From assembly GCA_964035545.1 (NCBI GenBank), contig OZ037766.1, forward strand, positions 13,320,722 to 13,384,721: a stretch of DNA of 64,000 nucleotides, read 5' to 3'. Position 1 is the first letter of the stretch; each line of letters opens with the position of its first letter. A program made the translations under genes and the position numbers. Positions 15,301 through 28,400 of this stretch are shown here, piece by piece. The notes beneath the pieces are model-generated. The model saw only the letters and a list, made by a program, of their open reading frames with translations, was not told the origin of the DNA and did no database searches. The stretch is from Bugula neritina. Taxonomy: Eukaryota > Animalia > Bryozoa.

Positions 15301-18300
15301 AAACAAGAAGCCACATGTTCTGGGATAAAATGCTTTCTTTCATATATTATCTTCAGCTACATGTCACATGGCCGCGAAAACAGTGTAGAGACAGAGATTT
15401 TGAAGCCTCACAGCATTAACTCGCTTGGCAGTGTGGAGAGGGCCATTTATTCATGTCAGTTAAAAAAAGAAGACAATTACTAAAAACTTACTATGCACTA
15501 CCTAAGTTACTTCTTAAGCTTATAATATATAAAAGGCTGAGCTGTTATGAAAATTTTCACGAACATAGTACATTATCTACAACAGTTTTAACTTTGAAAG
15601 TGACTATAGTGGTAGTCAAAATATTAGTGAAAATACTTCTTAGCTTTATATAGCGTGTTTTATCATTGAAATGTTAAACCACTGACAAAAGCTTTCTAGT
15701 TCACTCTTAGGGCATTAGTTTAAATCCTTTTACACTGTTTAAAACCATGGCGTGTATTATTAGAACCCTATTAAAACTACTACATTTATTACTAAAATAT
15801 TCTTTATTCTTGATATCATCAATATAACAGTTTTTGTAAAAACTGCACAAAAATAACATTTTTGATTAAAGTGCCTATACAACTTTAAATTTTACATTAG
15901 TATTGAACTTGGGTTAAATTAAATTTGTCCAATTTTGAAAACCTCACAAAACTCAACTAACCCATAGTCTGTAGATGACTTCCTAGAAGAATGGTAAAAA
16001 CTTGGCTCGTCATTTCTGGATACAGACCTTCTAAGATTTGTAGTATCAATGGCTCTTCCTAACCTAAGGCTAGAGTATTCCCTATGAAAAGAGCAAGCTT
16101 TATAGCAGTAGAACAAAGTATGTTTTCTAAATACTTGCCATGCATGTAGAGTGTTTTTATTAATTGTGCCTACTTAATGTAAATTCACTGCAAAAGCCAC
16201 TGGTAAAAGACTGATTTTTTGCATCATGTCAAATTTCAAAACAACCAGAAACCAGTTTTTTTAAATATAAAATCCAAACATTGTCCAATTCGATTTTGCT
16301 AAAAAAAAATTGTAACATTACAAGTATGACTAGTGGACAGTTGCCATTTTTCAAATAGAGTCAAGTGCAATATTATACAAGCCATAATCTCTATAGCTAA
16401 GGAGATCTGAAATAAAAGGGTAGGTACCTAAAACTTATAGTAGTTTATTACGCCTAATATTCATATAAAATGAGAACTTGGAAATAAATTAAAATCTGAC
16501 ATTTAAACTAACGAGAGTAACTAGTATTAGTCATTGGTATATGTCATTGGCATCAGTTGTCAGACTGAGAAAAAAATCATACGAATCAAATACAAAACTT
16601 TATTTTTCAACAAAATTAACCAATATAGGTTAATTTCTAAAAGAAAGAAAAAAATTCAACATAAACTGCGCGGAATCACGACCATTGTACAGCTATTAGT
16701 AAGGTAAGTTTCTACCTGCTTCTACTGGGTCCTCGACTATATATTCCAGTATCTCTTTCGATAGACATAGCTCTGGTTCCAATATATTTACTGGGTGTGT
16801 ATGAAGGCTCTACACTTGACTCTCTCGAGTAAGAAGCTCCCATATTAGTAGGTCTGTCCACGCTAGACTCTCTTTCGAAGGCCCTATTACCATATCTGTA
16901 TCAAAGCAACAAGTAGTGGATAGTTTCTTTATATTAAGAGATCCAGCAGCCTAATTAATAAAATTTGACAGAAAGTTGAGATTTAATACTTGGACTAATG
17001 CTTAAATCAGTAGAGAAATAGATATTAGGAGTGCAAAATATATCAATATTGTAGTAGTCTACTTTTAGTGTGCTTTGTAGAGGGTTAAAGAAAAAGGATA
17101 TGCCTATAAATATTGTCCACCATATCACATTCAATGCCAAATAGCTTCGAACATATTTTATCAGTAGAATATCATACAAACATATATTTTAGAAAGTAAC
17201 TTTTTAGAGCCTTATATGGCACAGGTCATGGGTTGACAAATCCAAATCATTAGCGATGTCAGAAGGATCACAATTGCTTTTGTGCCACAGTAAAAGCCTC
17301 CGTAACATGCTGCCGTTATGGTAAGAGGCACAGTTCTTAGCCTGCTTAAAAACCTTTGTAATCACAGATTCTCAAAAACACAGAAATTTAAAAAAAAGAT
17401 AATAGTTTCACTGATAAAATTCAAGATAGCTACTTATTCAACTAGTATGAGCTGGTAGCTAAATATACCTTTCTTGCCATAAGCATCTGAACATTTAATT
17501 TTTCTGGTTGTGAATCATTTAGCTTTGTTTTTACAGCAGCAGTAAGTCATCACTAGTAGCAGGTAATACTTGCAGTACAGTTTATAGGTTGATTAGATAA
17601 TTAGAGATGAACCAACCAACCCACCCTACTAAATAGCCAAGCTATTGTAATCAATTAATTTAGTCTCAACCAGTTATACTGTTGCAGGTTACATCTTACA
17701 ATCATTAGTCTTCAATATAGAACATCAAACCGATAATTAACCCACTGCACATGGCATCTTAGTTTATCAATTATAAACAACTGCTATGTTATTTTTTAGT
17801 CTACTGAAAGTTGGCTGTATGGAGGAGGTATCTGGAAATAATCAAGAAAAACTTATCAATGATTCCACTTCTCTGTAACCAATACAATGCTGACTATCTG
17901 CCCAGACTGTGATGAAAGCTATTAATTAGTATTTTATACATATAAATAACAAAACAAGTATTTTAATTGCAGCCCCAATTTCCAATTTACTTTTCAAGAG
18001 TTCACTAATAATAAAATTAATAACCCAACCCAGTTTAGAAGGAAAAGCTCACTGGAACAGTGAATAGGCAGAGCAAATGTTTTCATTAGAGCCAGTATTC
18101 TGCAGCTGTCCTAAAAACACACTTCTACTCCATTTGCCACATCTAAGTATTTGTAATGAGAGCGTGGTGTGATATGATAATATTTTATACATTAATACTG
18201 TTACTACTACTAATAATACTGAGCAATAAACACAAGCTATAACTTCTATATAATGGCACTTGATATAAGTATAGAACAGGCACATCTGCTGTAAGCTAAA

Positions 18301-20666
18301 CTTAGTACAACATAGTAGAGTAGTGCTACTGCACGTACAACTAAGCTAGTAGCATTTTCTATTTCAACTGAGCAAATTACAAAATATCTAAAAATAAACT
18401 CACTTAGGAGCAGTAGTGGAGAAATTGAGATAGCCTAAGTTCTTTAATTTGATTATAAAATTTTGGTTTGAGATGAGGGTTGAACATAACTTCTTTTGCT
18501 ACACTTTTAATCTAGAACACGGGCTTTTCTTAATTACTCCCTTACTCCCTACCTCAATAAACTAAAGTGTTATTCACTTCTGTGCATTAGCTGTAGATTT
18601 TTTTTGTAGTCTATTTTTGCTTCTTAGGAAAATCCCTCAAATATTGATGATTTACCTCAAAGTGTTATAGCCAGAGTTGGAGCTCCTTGCTGAAATGCCA
18701 CCATAGTCGGACACGTAGCCACTAAGGCTGGCTGACCTGCCCAGACTACCACCACTAGAGTAACGCTCCACGGAGTTTCTGGAACCCAGCATACTAGAAG
18801 AGCGGTGCAATCTAGTCGAAGACCCACCATGATAAGTTCTCTCTAAAGTTCCTGCACTGTACTTAGTAAAATCTCGAACTGGTGTACTTCCTCTATTTTT
18901 ATCATCTACAAAAGAGGAAAAACTGTGAGTGGAATGAATGAATGATATATTAAATGGCCAAGAAGGTCATTGCATTACGATATCAATTTTTAGCTGCAAT
19001 ATTGTTATTATATATTATATTTATTCACAGATTAGGATTTAATTTACAACATACAAACCCTTGGTCCACCACCTATTCAACTTCAATAGAATTTAACATA
19101 ACTCCTTTATTAAAGATGGAATGGAGTATAATTATTGAAACCATATGTTGGAACACGATTTTAGATGTTGCTAAAACTATGGCTACATAGTATTTTGTAA
19201 ACAGCATATATTTTAACTGAGTCCACCTTTGTAACTTGTATAGCTACTAGTACGAACAGTAGCATCATTACTTCTATTAGTTGGGGTGTAAGTGCCACCA
19301 GTACCATAGCTAGCAGAAGATCCATAGCTGTTTCTATTATTCTAAAAGTAAATAGAAAACATGTGAATGCAGTTGCTTACAAACTTCCTTCTACTGAATA
19401 GCAGCTAGTCCAGATCCATTGCTGCATATCCTATATGATAAGCTGTAATAAGAAATCTGAGATGCTGCACAGTTTCCACTGAATTACTCAACGAGAACTA
19501 TTGTGAGAGATACACATGTACACATATACATAGGAAGTGCAGTAAGTTAAACAAAATATCCAGAAATCATACGTGAACTACAAGGAACAAGGAGCTTACT
19601 TCTTTCTATACAATAACTAAAATTGATAGTTTGTTCTATTAAAAACAGTATTTGGTGGCATCATAGTGTTTTTAAATGCACCAATAAAGTTTGAAGAAAA
19701 AACAGGTTTCTATTAGATTTTATATTTCCATTGAATTTTTCCATTATAAAAATAGGTGTGGGAAAAGGTGCTTACAGATAGCTTAATTGTTTACATCACG
19801 GCATGGAGGGACTATAATTATAACTGCAACTGCAGCTTATTGTATTGTGTATAATTATAGTATATACAATAGCTTAATTGCAAGAATTTGCCAATAGTAG
19901 TGCAAGTGTGAATGACTGACATTAGTCCAACTATACAAATGAGTTCATAAAATACAGAATTGACCTTTTAGCAAAGACTTGTGCAAGTGGCAATGTCGGT
20001 CTGTAGGTAAAAATTCGGTTAGCTCATGTTTTATGTATAGCATGTAATGAGAAGCACGAAATATGTCAACTCGTCACTCAATGCCTGTGGCAATAATACA
20101 TGACTTGCAAGAACGCTCTCTATGAAGTTAATTATATCACCTCTATTAAAACCTTTACATTGGCCAATTTTATAAGGGCCAGTAGATAATTTGATAAAGT
20201 AACCTGAAAAATTAATGCTTTTAATATTCTCTTTGATGCTACTCTTATAATAAACATTAACTACAGATATACCAACCCCATTTTAATGTACTGATTGTAG
20301 GTCTTACAACTATCAATAATTCTACACACTTTTCCTGATGGTTTTCAAAAAAAATTAAAACAAACAAAATAATTATTTTGCAGCTTCAATCAGAAAATTT
20401 ATAACAATGCATGGAATGCTTACAACATTTCAAAAATTTATACTTTGCATGTTATACAGATTAAAAAAATTACTAATTAAAACAGTATTAATACATTGTA
20501 TTATAACATAAAGTTAGTTTCCAGTTATGTGAACACAAAATGAAGCAAACTATGCTTCATAGAAATAGGAAAACCGTTCGAACTACCTGCACTACATGTC
20601 TTAAAGATGATATGTACTTACACCAAAGCCAGCTAAGTTGTAGTTACCGGATCTATAATATGACAT
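376..20666 (-). CDS. Large uncharacterized multi-exon protein (~1900 aa): Ser/Tyr/Gly/Arg-rich disordered N-terminus, E/R/K helix, small predicted folded C-terminal region
   Basis: Manually spliced, all GT-AG and phase-consistent. Exons: 20622-20666 (MSYYRSGNYNLAGFG), 19227-19341, 18656-18905, 16716-16895, 15962-16081, 14827-14904, 13177-13305, (optional 12899-12955), 12249-12347, 10944-11116, 10606-10749, 8730-8934, 8151-8305, 6635-6742, 6028-6166, 5476-5609, 4935-5090, 1544-4427, 936-1383, 376-510 (ends ...KACILLG*). Total 5697 nt without the optional exon. Minus-strand AATAAA at 3-8. No family recognised; that all exons form one transcript is inferred. Confidence 0.72.
1544..4427 (-). CDS. 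Giant 2884-bp internal coding exon of the uncharacterized gene
   Basis: 958-aa stop-free ORF in AT-rich DNA. Acceptor ttgtag at 4428-4433; donor AG|gtaagt at 1543; phases match the flanking exons 4935-5090 and 936-1383. Confidence 0.9.
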
Positions 20667-23600
20667 GACACATTTGTAGGCAACCGAATTGTTGGTTTAC
20701 AGGAAGAAACCTCTGGTCTCAAACACTGCTAGCATTTTCCAAAAATTGCTCACTGACGATCATACATATACTATATCATTTATACAACAGCTCAATGAAA
20801 CCTCCCTCCCTAATAAGCTAATAACCTCAACTAACAGTGTGTGTGTAAATCAATGCAAGACTGCCTTTAAACCTCTTCTGTACGGAGTGTAATCATTGTA
20901 TAATGTGATGTAATAAATACTAGCTACCAAAACACTGCTTAAGCTAATGCCAAAGGCTTTGTTTGCACCGCTCTTCAACAGGTATATCGGATGTCAGCAA
21001 CATCATTTCTACCTACTATGTTTGATTTTTTCAAATACTTTCATGAGTTCATAATTAAAAAGTACAGGAAATAAATTCTTGGCCTTTGCTATGTATTTTT
21101 TACTGCATAATCACAAGAAAAAGAGTGAAAATGAAAAAATGGCCATCATATAATGTTATTACAAAAACCAAACATTGAACTTCCTCTTTCATGTAAATTA
21201 TTCTATGCTGGTTACGTGTGGCTATAGAGATACTTGGAATACAGACTCTGGTAGATGGGAGTCAAAAACTAAAATTTCGTTGGCCAATGGGTTGAAAATC
21301 TAATAAAGTTAACAAACTAACTGTATTAATTAGGATTTTATAGCAGATGCATTCTACATAATATGGGCTACTTGAACTGTCTTTAAGAAGCTATTTGATA
21401 AACTTTAGTTGCCTGATTGGGATGAAGCATTATAAATGAGCTTCCATTCATTGGGCTTTGACCATAAACAAGCAATTTGTACTCCAACAATAAATATACT
21501 TGGATTAGGTGATAAAAATTATAGCAATAATTTGTTCAATATCTCCAAAGTATGAGTTCAGGGTTTGGTATTCTACTGTCATAAAATACAAAAACTGGGA
21601 AAGAAACAACAGAGATTATCAAACAATTCTAAGTTATGAACCTAGCAACTACAGTATAGATAAAGATTTTCCCAGCAAAGCTATGTATATGACAAGTGAA
21701 GATTACTCTAAAAGTTTGAATTTTGCTAAGCCATATGGTTGACACACATCAGCTTTTAGTCTATCAGAGCAGGCCAGTAGCTTGTTTATACCCATTTTTA
21801 TTTATGGTTAAAGTCTATCATATGAGATGCTTATCAGTTATCTTATGACAGTTATGTGATATATGATTACAGCAAGCTGCATGGCCATTTTTGCACGAGC
21901 TTAAAACAAATATGGGGCCATAACTCCAACAAATTGTTTAACCCTGAGACATGAGCAAAATTTAAAAATAAATGGAATTACGAGTAATCACAAGCACTAT
22001 CATCTTAATTTAAAAATATTGTGTGGTGGGATAGTACACATTCATACTAATTTAAAATAATTTCACAGCCAATAGCTTTTTGAAAAAAATTTATCAGTAA
22101 CAACATTTATGCAACAGAATAAACCAGCGAAAAATAGCTAAAATGTTTCAGTCTGTTTCAAAACCTAGTTATTATTGAATAAGTTATATTTTACAGTTGA
22201 TAATTATGAATTAATAAATTTTGATAAATGAAGAAACTTTTACTCACTAAATTATGCAGTAACTAAAAGCCAAATGTGTGACTATTAATTCAATTCTGAG
22301 CAAGTTAGTTAAAATTTAAATATTGCTGGTAGGTCTATACTATATCTTAAGAGCAATAAAATGAAATGCAGGTGCAACAGCAAAACTTTATTCTAAAAAT
22401 GTAAAACAAAATCAAGTATTCAGTGCAAATGTCGCACATGTATAGATTTGACTCTAAAAATCATTAGTTTATAATAAATAATTATTCATTTAAGTGCCAA
22501 AACTTACAAGTGAAATCATTAGATATGCAGGTAAATTGAAGGGTTATATTTACTTGTGCAAATTCCAAAAAATAACTTTTTTGCATTGCTCTAATAATTT
22601 TGTTTCTGTTTTTATAGTACAGGCCAAAGGATTTTCTTGAAATAATAAATATGGACAAATACCGAAGATGTCACTCACTTTTTGTGCTATTATTACTAAA
22701 TGTGCTAGGAACTTGAGTTTGAAAGGTTTAGTGGCTTTAGCAGCTATTAAAATAAGCTGCCTCATAAGTAAAAGACAGCTAACCTAAAAATATGCAGGGC
22801 TACTAGTGGTGTAAGTCAGCATCAGTTGTTTTGAAACCAGGCCTCTTCTAAACCAGTCCTATAAAAATTACCACTAAATTATCGCAATGTATAAAAACAT
22901 TATAGGCTACAATATTTTTTACCTAAACTTTAGCCAATGATTGTTGAAATTTGAATCAGATAATTTTTCACTATGCATTTTGTTTGGCTCGGTTATTATT
23001 TTAAAAACATATCTGCTACTATAAAATCTGGAATGCAAATATTAAAATTCAAGAAATTAATTTGGTTAAACTGATTATTTAATGGCAAAATTCAGCATCT
23101 GAAAGTGTGTCCTTTCTATCAATTAGTTTGATAAAATGCATTCTATATACAAGTGTAATACAACACTGATGTAGCTTGCGCAACTTAATTACGTTTTTAA
23201 CAGATTTGCAATGTTCTTTTAGAATCAGTATTTTGAGAAAAGTAAAAATGATTGCAATGATGCAATCAACAGTAAGTCTGATGAGTCATAATTATATATT
23301 ATTTGAGTTAATTTTTTGTTCCAATTTCATTATTACACAATACACATATTACATATTACCTTAAATATCAAGTAGAATGCATTATTTCAGTCTACAAAAC
23401 ATTATGCTATTTACATTCAGCCAGTCTCAAACTTTCCAATTATTGGAAAATTAGGAGGTAACAGCAAAGCTTTCACAATTTTTATTACACTTTCAAATAC
23501 ATAAGTATTAGACGGCATCAAAGTTTGATCAATTAAATCAACTCAGTTATTTTCAATAAATGATTTGAGTTTCTAGTTTGAGCAAATCAATTTTAGGTGC

Positions 23601-24661
23601 GCAGACCGTGATGGAGAAAGCGAGGTGGTCGGTCCACTCTAAATTACTAAACTATTAGGAAAAACATAGAAGATCAAGCAGAATCAGAAAAAGCCTTAAT
23701 TATTTAGCTGCATTTGTTAATAATTCATCAGCTTAATATAAAAAACTATATAAATTAGCTTGTAAACTGTCAAAATAACTAAAAAAAACTATAGATATAT
23801 AGTGTGTAATAAATTAAGTAAAATGATCGAATAGTTATACCAATAATTGCAAACTAAAACTAAATAAAACTAGTTAGTTCAAGTGACTCAGAATAATCTA
23901 GTTTTAAAATAAAATAAAGTAAAATTAAAACTAAAAGCCGTAGGTGTTAGGATTAAGCAAAGGTAAAACTACATATAAATACACGCTAAAAGTATACTAA
24001 CACTAACAGATTAACTATTAGTATTACTATAACATTATGATTATGATCAAGTTTAATTAAAGTAGCTGTAACATAACAATACTTATAAAATCAATATAAA
24101 TAATCATAAATTTGATAATAATAATTACAAATAAGTATAGGTTAAAGTTATACTGTAGTGTATTATGTGTAGCTGTATAACTATTAGTATTTATATCAGT
24201 GAATATGACTAAGAGTATGGGTATCACTATTAGTATGACTATGAGTATAACTATCATACTTATACTAGTACTTCCAGTTCCACAGTGACTATCACTATGC
24301 CCTATGGTCTATGACAGTATCAGTATGAGACTGAGTATCACAGTCTGAGTCACTAAGTTTATATTTAAAATTAGGCTAACCCTAATAGCTTGTTATTTTG
24401 TAATTTAGTGTTTCATATTTTATTAATATAATTATAATAATAATAACAATAATAATAATGATAACATTAACAACAAATTACAATTAATTAATTATTCAAT
24501 ATTCTAAACTTGTATGTATAAGTTTCAATTTAATGTTATAACTTATAAGCTATTGAGTTTAATAATATTAATATTATCGTATTCATATTATTGTTACTAT
24601 TTAATTATATAATTACAAGTTGAAGTTCAAGTACTAATAGTACTAGTAGTAGTACTAGTAC

Positions 24662-24754
<93 letters not shown>
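24662..24754. repeat. (AGT)31 perfect microsatellite
   Basis: Uninterrupted agt repeat; it produces the spurious poly-Thr ORF 24605..24883. Confidence 0.97.
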
Positions 24755-25477
24755 TTGCACAAATTGTAAGAATTTAGACAAAACTATCATATTCGGTGAT
24801 TTTGAAAAACTTATTACTCTTACATTTGTACAATTATACAACAATTTTATATTAAATGCAAACTGACGGGAAAATTCACACACTTAGCTGTTTAGCATTC
24901 AAATGGAAATTCACACGCTTTTCGCTCCATTTCTGGCCATGACAACGACCATAGCAGCGTGTTCAAATAATTGTTTGGTTCCGCAAGTGCTGGCGTGCGA
25001 GACTTTTTTCTGTAATGTTTTTGTTTGTATATTAGTGCGCGTCAACTCAACTTTTTATACAAGCTTATTTTAGTTGAAACAGTTAGTGAATCTAAAAAGT
25101 AAGTATTATGTAGTTATTTAAAATTGTTTTATGTGTGCTTATGCATGTCTGAATTAAAGTATTTTGTAAATTGTTCGCAATTAGTTTTATTACATTGAGT
25201 ACGAGATGAATATTATCATTAACATTGCAAAACGGCTTCGGCTTATTCCATTCATTGGATGACCTATTTGAAAGTAAACCAATAGTCACATTTGTTGTTA
25301 TCACATGATTTGCGCTCCTCCTATTCTGTTAAACCAAAACAAAGTCAGGCTGACCGGTGTAGAAGCAAACAGCTGGTTATACCGGCCCTTTGTTAGCTTT
25401 TGAAAATCTGTGAAGCCTTTATATTGTACAGCAACTTTAAAGTCCAGCAGATATCCTGTGGTTAATAGCTAGCCAAA

Positions 25478-28400
25478 ATGCAAAACCACAAGCGGATACC
25501 CAAACGGAGTCTTTTAGGAACTAGAGTGTGTGCCCCATGGAGTGATGGCAGGTTTTATAGTGGAGTTATTCAATCGGTGACGGAGCAACCAAACGGTCAG
25601 TTCATGTATAGCGTGCTATTCGATGATGGCTACAGTAAACTGTATTTCTACAAAGACGTAGTTGGGCCAGGGTTTAACTCAACTGCAGGACTTAATTTAA
25701 AGCATGGGCAGAAAGTTTACGTTACTCATCAAACTCGGGAAGTTGTTGGAACTGTTATCAAACATAACAGAACAGTAAACGAAGTGTTTGTCGAGTTGGA
25801 TTTTGGAGGTGGCAACTTTAGAGAAACGGTAAAACGTCTTGATGAAGTTCGTTTAATGGAAAGCAGAAAGTCGGCTCGCCTCAATGGTGGATTGGCTCAT
25901 GAAAGCAGTACAGGAACAAACAGCATTGACTGTCAAAATCCATCGGATCACCCAGAAACTGGAAGTTGTCACATTGAAGTTCCAAGAAACAAAACAAAAA
26001 GTATCAGGTATGATAAAATTAAATGATTATCATTATGAAATGATTGTAATAGAAGACCTTGATGGTTGACTGTGATTGTAATAATTGCTGTCTACTATAA
26101 GTATGTGGCGAAGGGCTAGTCAGTCTCACTAGAATAGTCAGTGACAATGATAATATATACTCATAGCGGCGGTAGAGCATGCTGCTCCTAGTTGTAGGCA
26201 CCCATTTACTTATTGCGGACGTGTGTGTAGCCATAGCTGGCATTTGATGAATACGCGCGATATCAGGCTGTAGTCAAAATAGTTGTTATCAACCGCATTT
26301 GTTAAACAAAGAAGCTTACTAGTGACTAAACTGGGAGGGAATTTATCTCAAGGCGTCCTTATCTTTTTAGTTGCCATAAGGAGGTTGTTCCAAATGATTT
26401 ACGCAGTCAAGCTTAGTTTTGAACTAGCGCTGCCCACTCCTTTAATAAATAAAGCGGAACAACTGGACAGGCGTAATGCCTGGGTGGTTATGGGCCGCTA
26501 TTACCTGGAATTACCCATTGCTTTGTAAGCCTAGGTCTGGCAAGTAGTAGTAAAATGAATAACAGGCTGTAAATTTTAATAATTTCAGCACTTTGTATTC
26601 TAAACAGATGGCCTTTTAACTAACTGCTCATTAAATTATAATGCTAGGTCTTGTAGCTGCATGACAAATCGGAGGAGTCGAAGCTGAAAGTTGAAGGTCT
26701 CTGTAGTTGTTAGTTCTAGTTGCTAACTAATGATCACAGGTGGCCATTGTACTTTACACTGGAATGAGAATTGTGAGAGTCTTTTATGCAGTTTCACTTT
26801 TCAAAAAGGTGGAAAATCTAAGTAGCTATTAATACAATGCAGGTGATTACGTCTTGGAGTGAGATTACACTTTAGAGTTTAGTGGTGAAACCGGCTTCAA
26901 ATTGCTGACTCATTATACGTTCAGTGCAAACACTTTTTTCCTCTTGCTGTCTTATTGTTTCATTTAACAAGAACAATTGTGGTTATGGATCACTTACACA
27001 ATCACTAACTAGGAATCCATTGTAAAAGTTAGCTGGTAACTAAGTGTCACTTAAATTCCCAGCTAATGTGTGATGGAATAAACACTGGTACAGCAACTTA
27101 TAACCTGAATTAGCCACTGAGTGTTTTGCCTCACGTAGTATAATCCCAATGGCTTAAAACAAGTTTTCAAGGAATTATGAATTACAGACTTTCATTTTCA
27201 CCTGAATCTCACTACGACAAATAATTAGCCTTACTATTTCCAGATGGCCAAGTAGGGGTCTTCTGTTGAATACAGCCTCACTTAGCTCGTCTTGGGTATG
27301 TAAGAATAGAAATCTAAACATGAATTTACTATCAAAATTTCATCCATTTGGCACTTTTTTATTGGTCTCTATCAATTCACCTCTTTTATATTGAATTACT
27401 TTATTTCTTTAAAGTAAGTGTGAAGTTGTTGAAATGTTGCTGCCAATGACTTTAATGGCTGTTTGCTTTAATTCTCCCCTCTAACTGATAATTGTTTAAA
27501 CGAACCTTCCATTTGACAGGAAAACTCAACAAACTAGTTAAGCTTTTAACCGCTGGGAGTTAGTTAGAGCTAATAAAAGACCCCATTTTCAAATTGCCCC
27601 GTGACTATTTACAGGTTTAGCTGGTTAATTTTGCTCAAGTTTTGCCAGTGTTATTTCACTTGGTATATACTTATTCTATAGCTTTTATATCAAGTTTGGT
27701 TGCTATGGAAACAAGACAACTTAAAGTTGACTAATAATTACCTACATGTACAGTGCCATGTAACCTGGTACATGTTTGAGCTGACATATCATGTAACTGA
27801 GAAAATTCTTTCACCACCACTAGATATGTGTATCTTATTATAACTGTGTATATCATTGATCAGGAGGAGAAAGGTTGTGGAAGATATGATTGCTGAGGAA
27901 TCAGAAATGGGAGAAGCTGATGGCATTGATTCTGACATGCAACTAGCCGCCATGGCATTACAAAATCTGTCCTGCAGTCCTGCCTCACCTCATTTTCCAG
28001 GTATTATCTTCGATCGGGCAACTCCAACATATAACCTTACCAATATAATGGGCTATCAATTATAACGAGTTGAGCTAGCTTTAAATTGTGGCAAGTATAA
28101 AACAGGGTAGAAAAGTTGAACTTGCTGCATTCATCTGCTATTCTAAGGGACTTCCATGTTTGACAAGATAATGCAGTAATTCTAGACCCTCATATCCACT
28201 GTCTACTTCTGCAAATCAGTGTCTAAGACCTAAGTACTAGCTTCAATGTATTAAAGGCAGTGACTGTGAGTCACGTAGCTCATGCCCTGGACAGACCAGT
28301 TGTTTGAAGAGTCGACCACCTGACTCATGAGAATGCAAGTGTGGGCTCTGCATTTCAGCTACTAACTATTAGTTAAGGCACAGTGTGGTGTGCTGACTGC

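Noticed and set aside
24605-24883. Poly-Thr ORF (mucin-like)
   Set aside because: Translation of the (AGT)n microsatellite.
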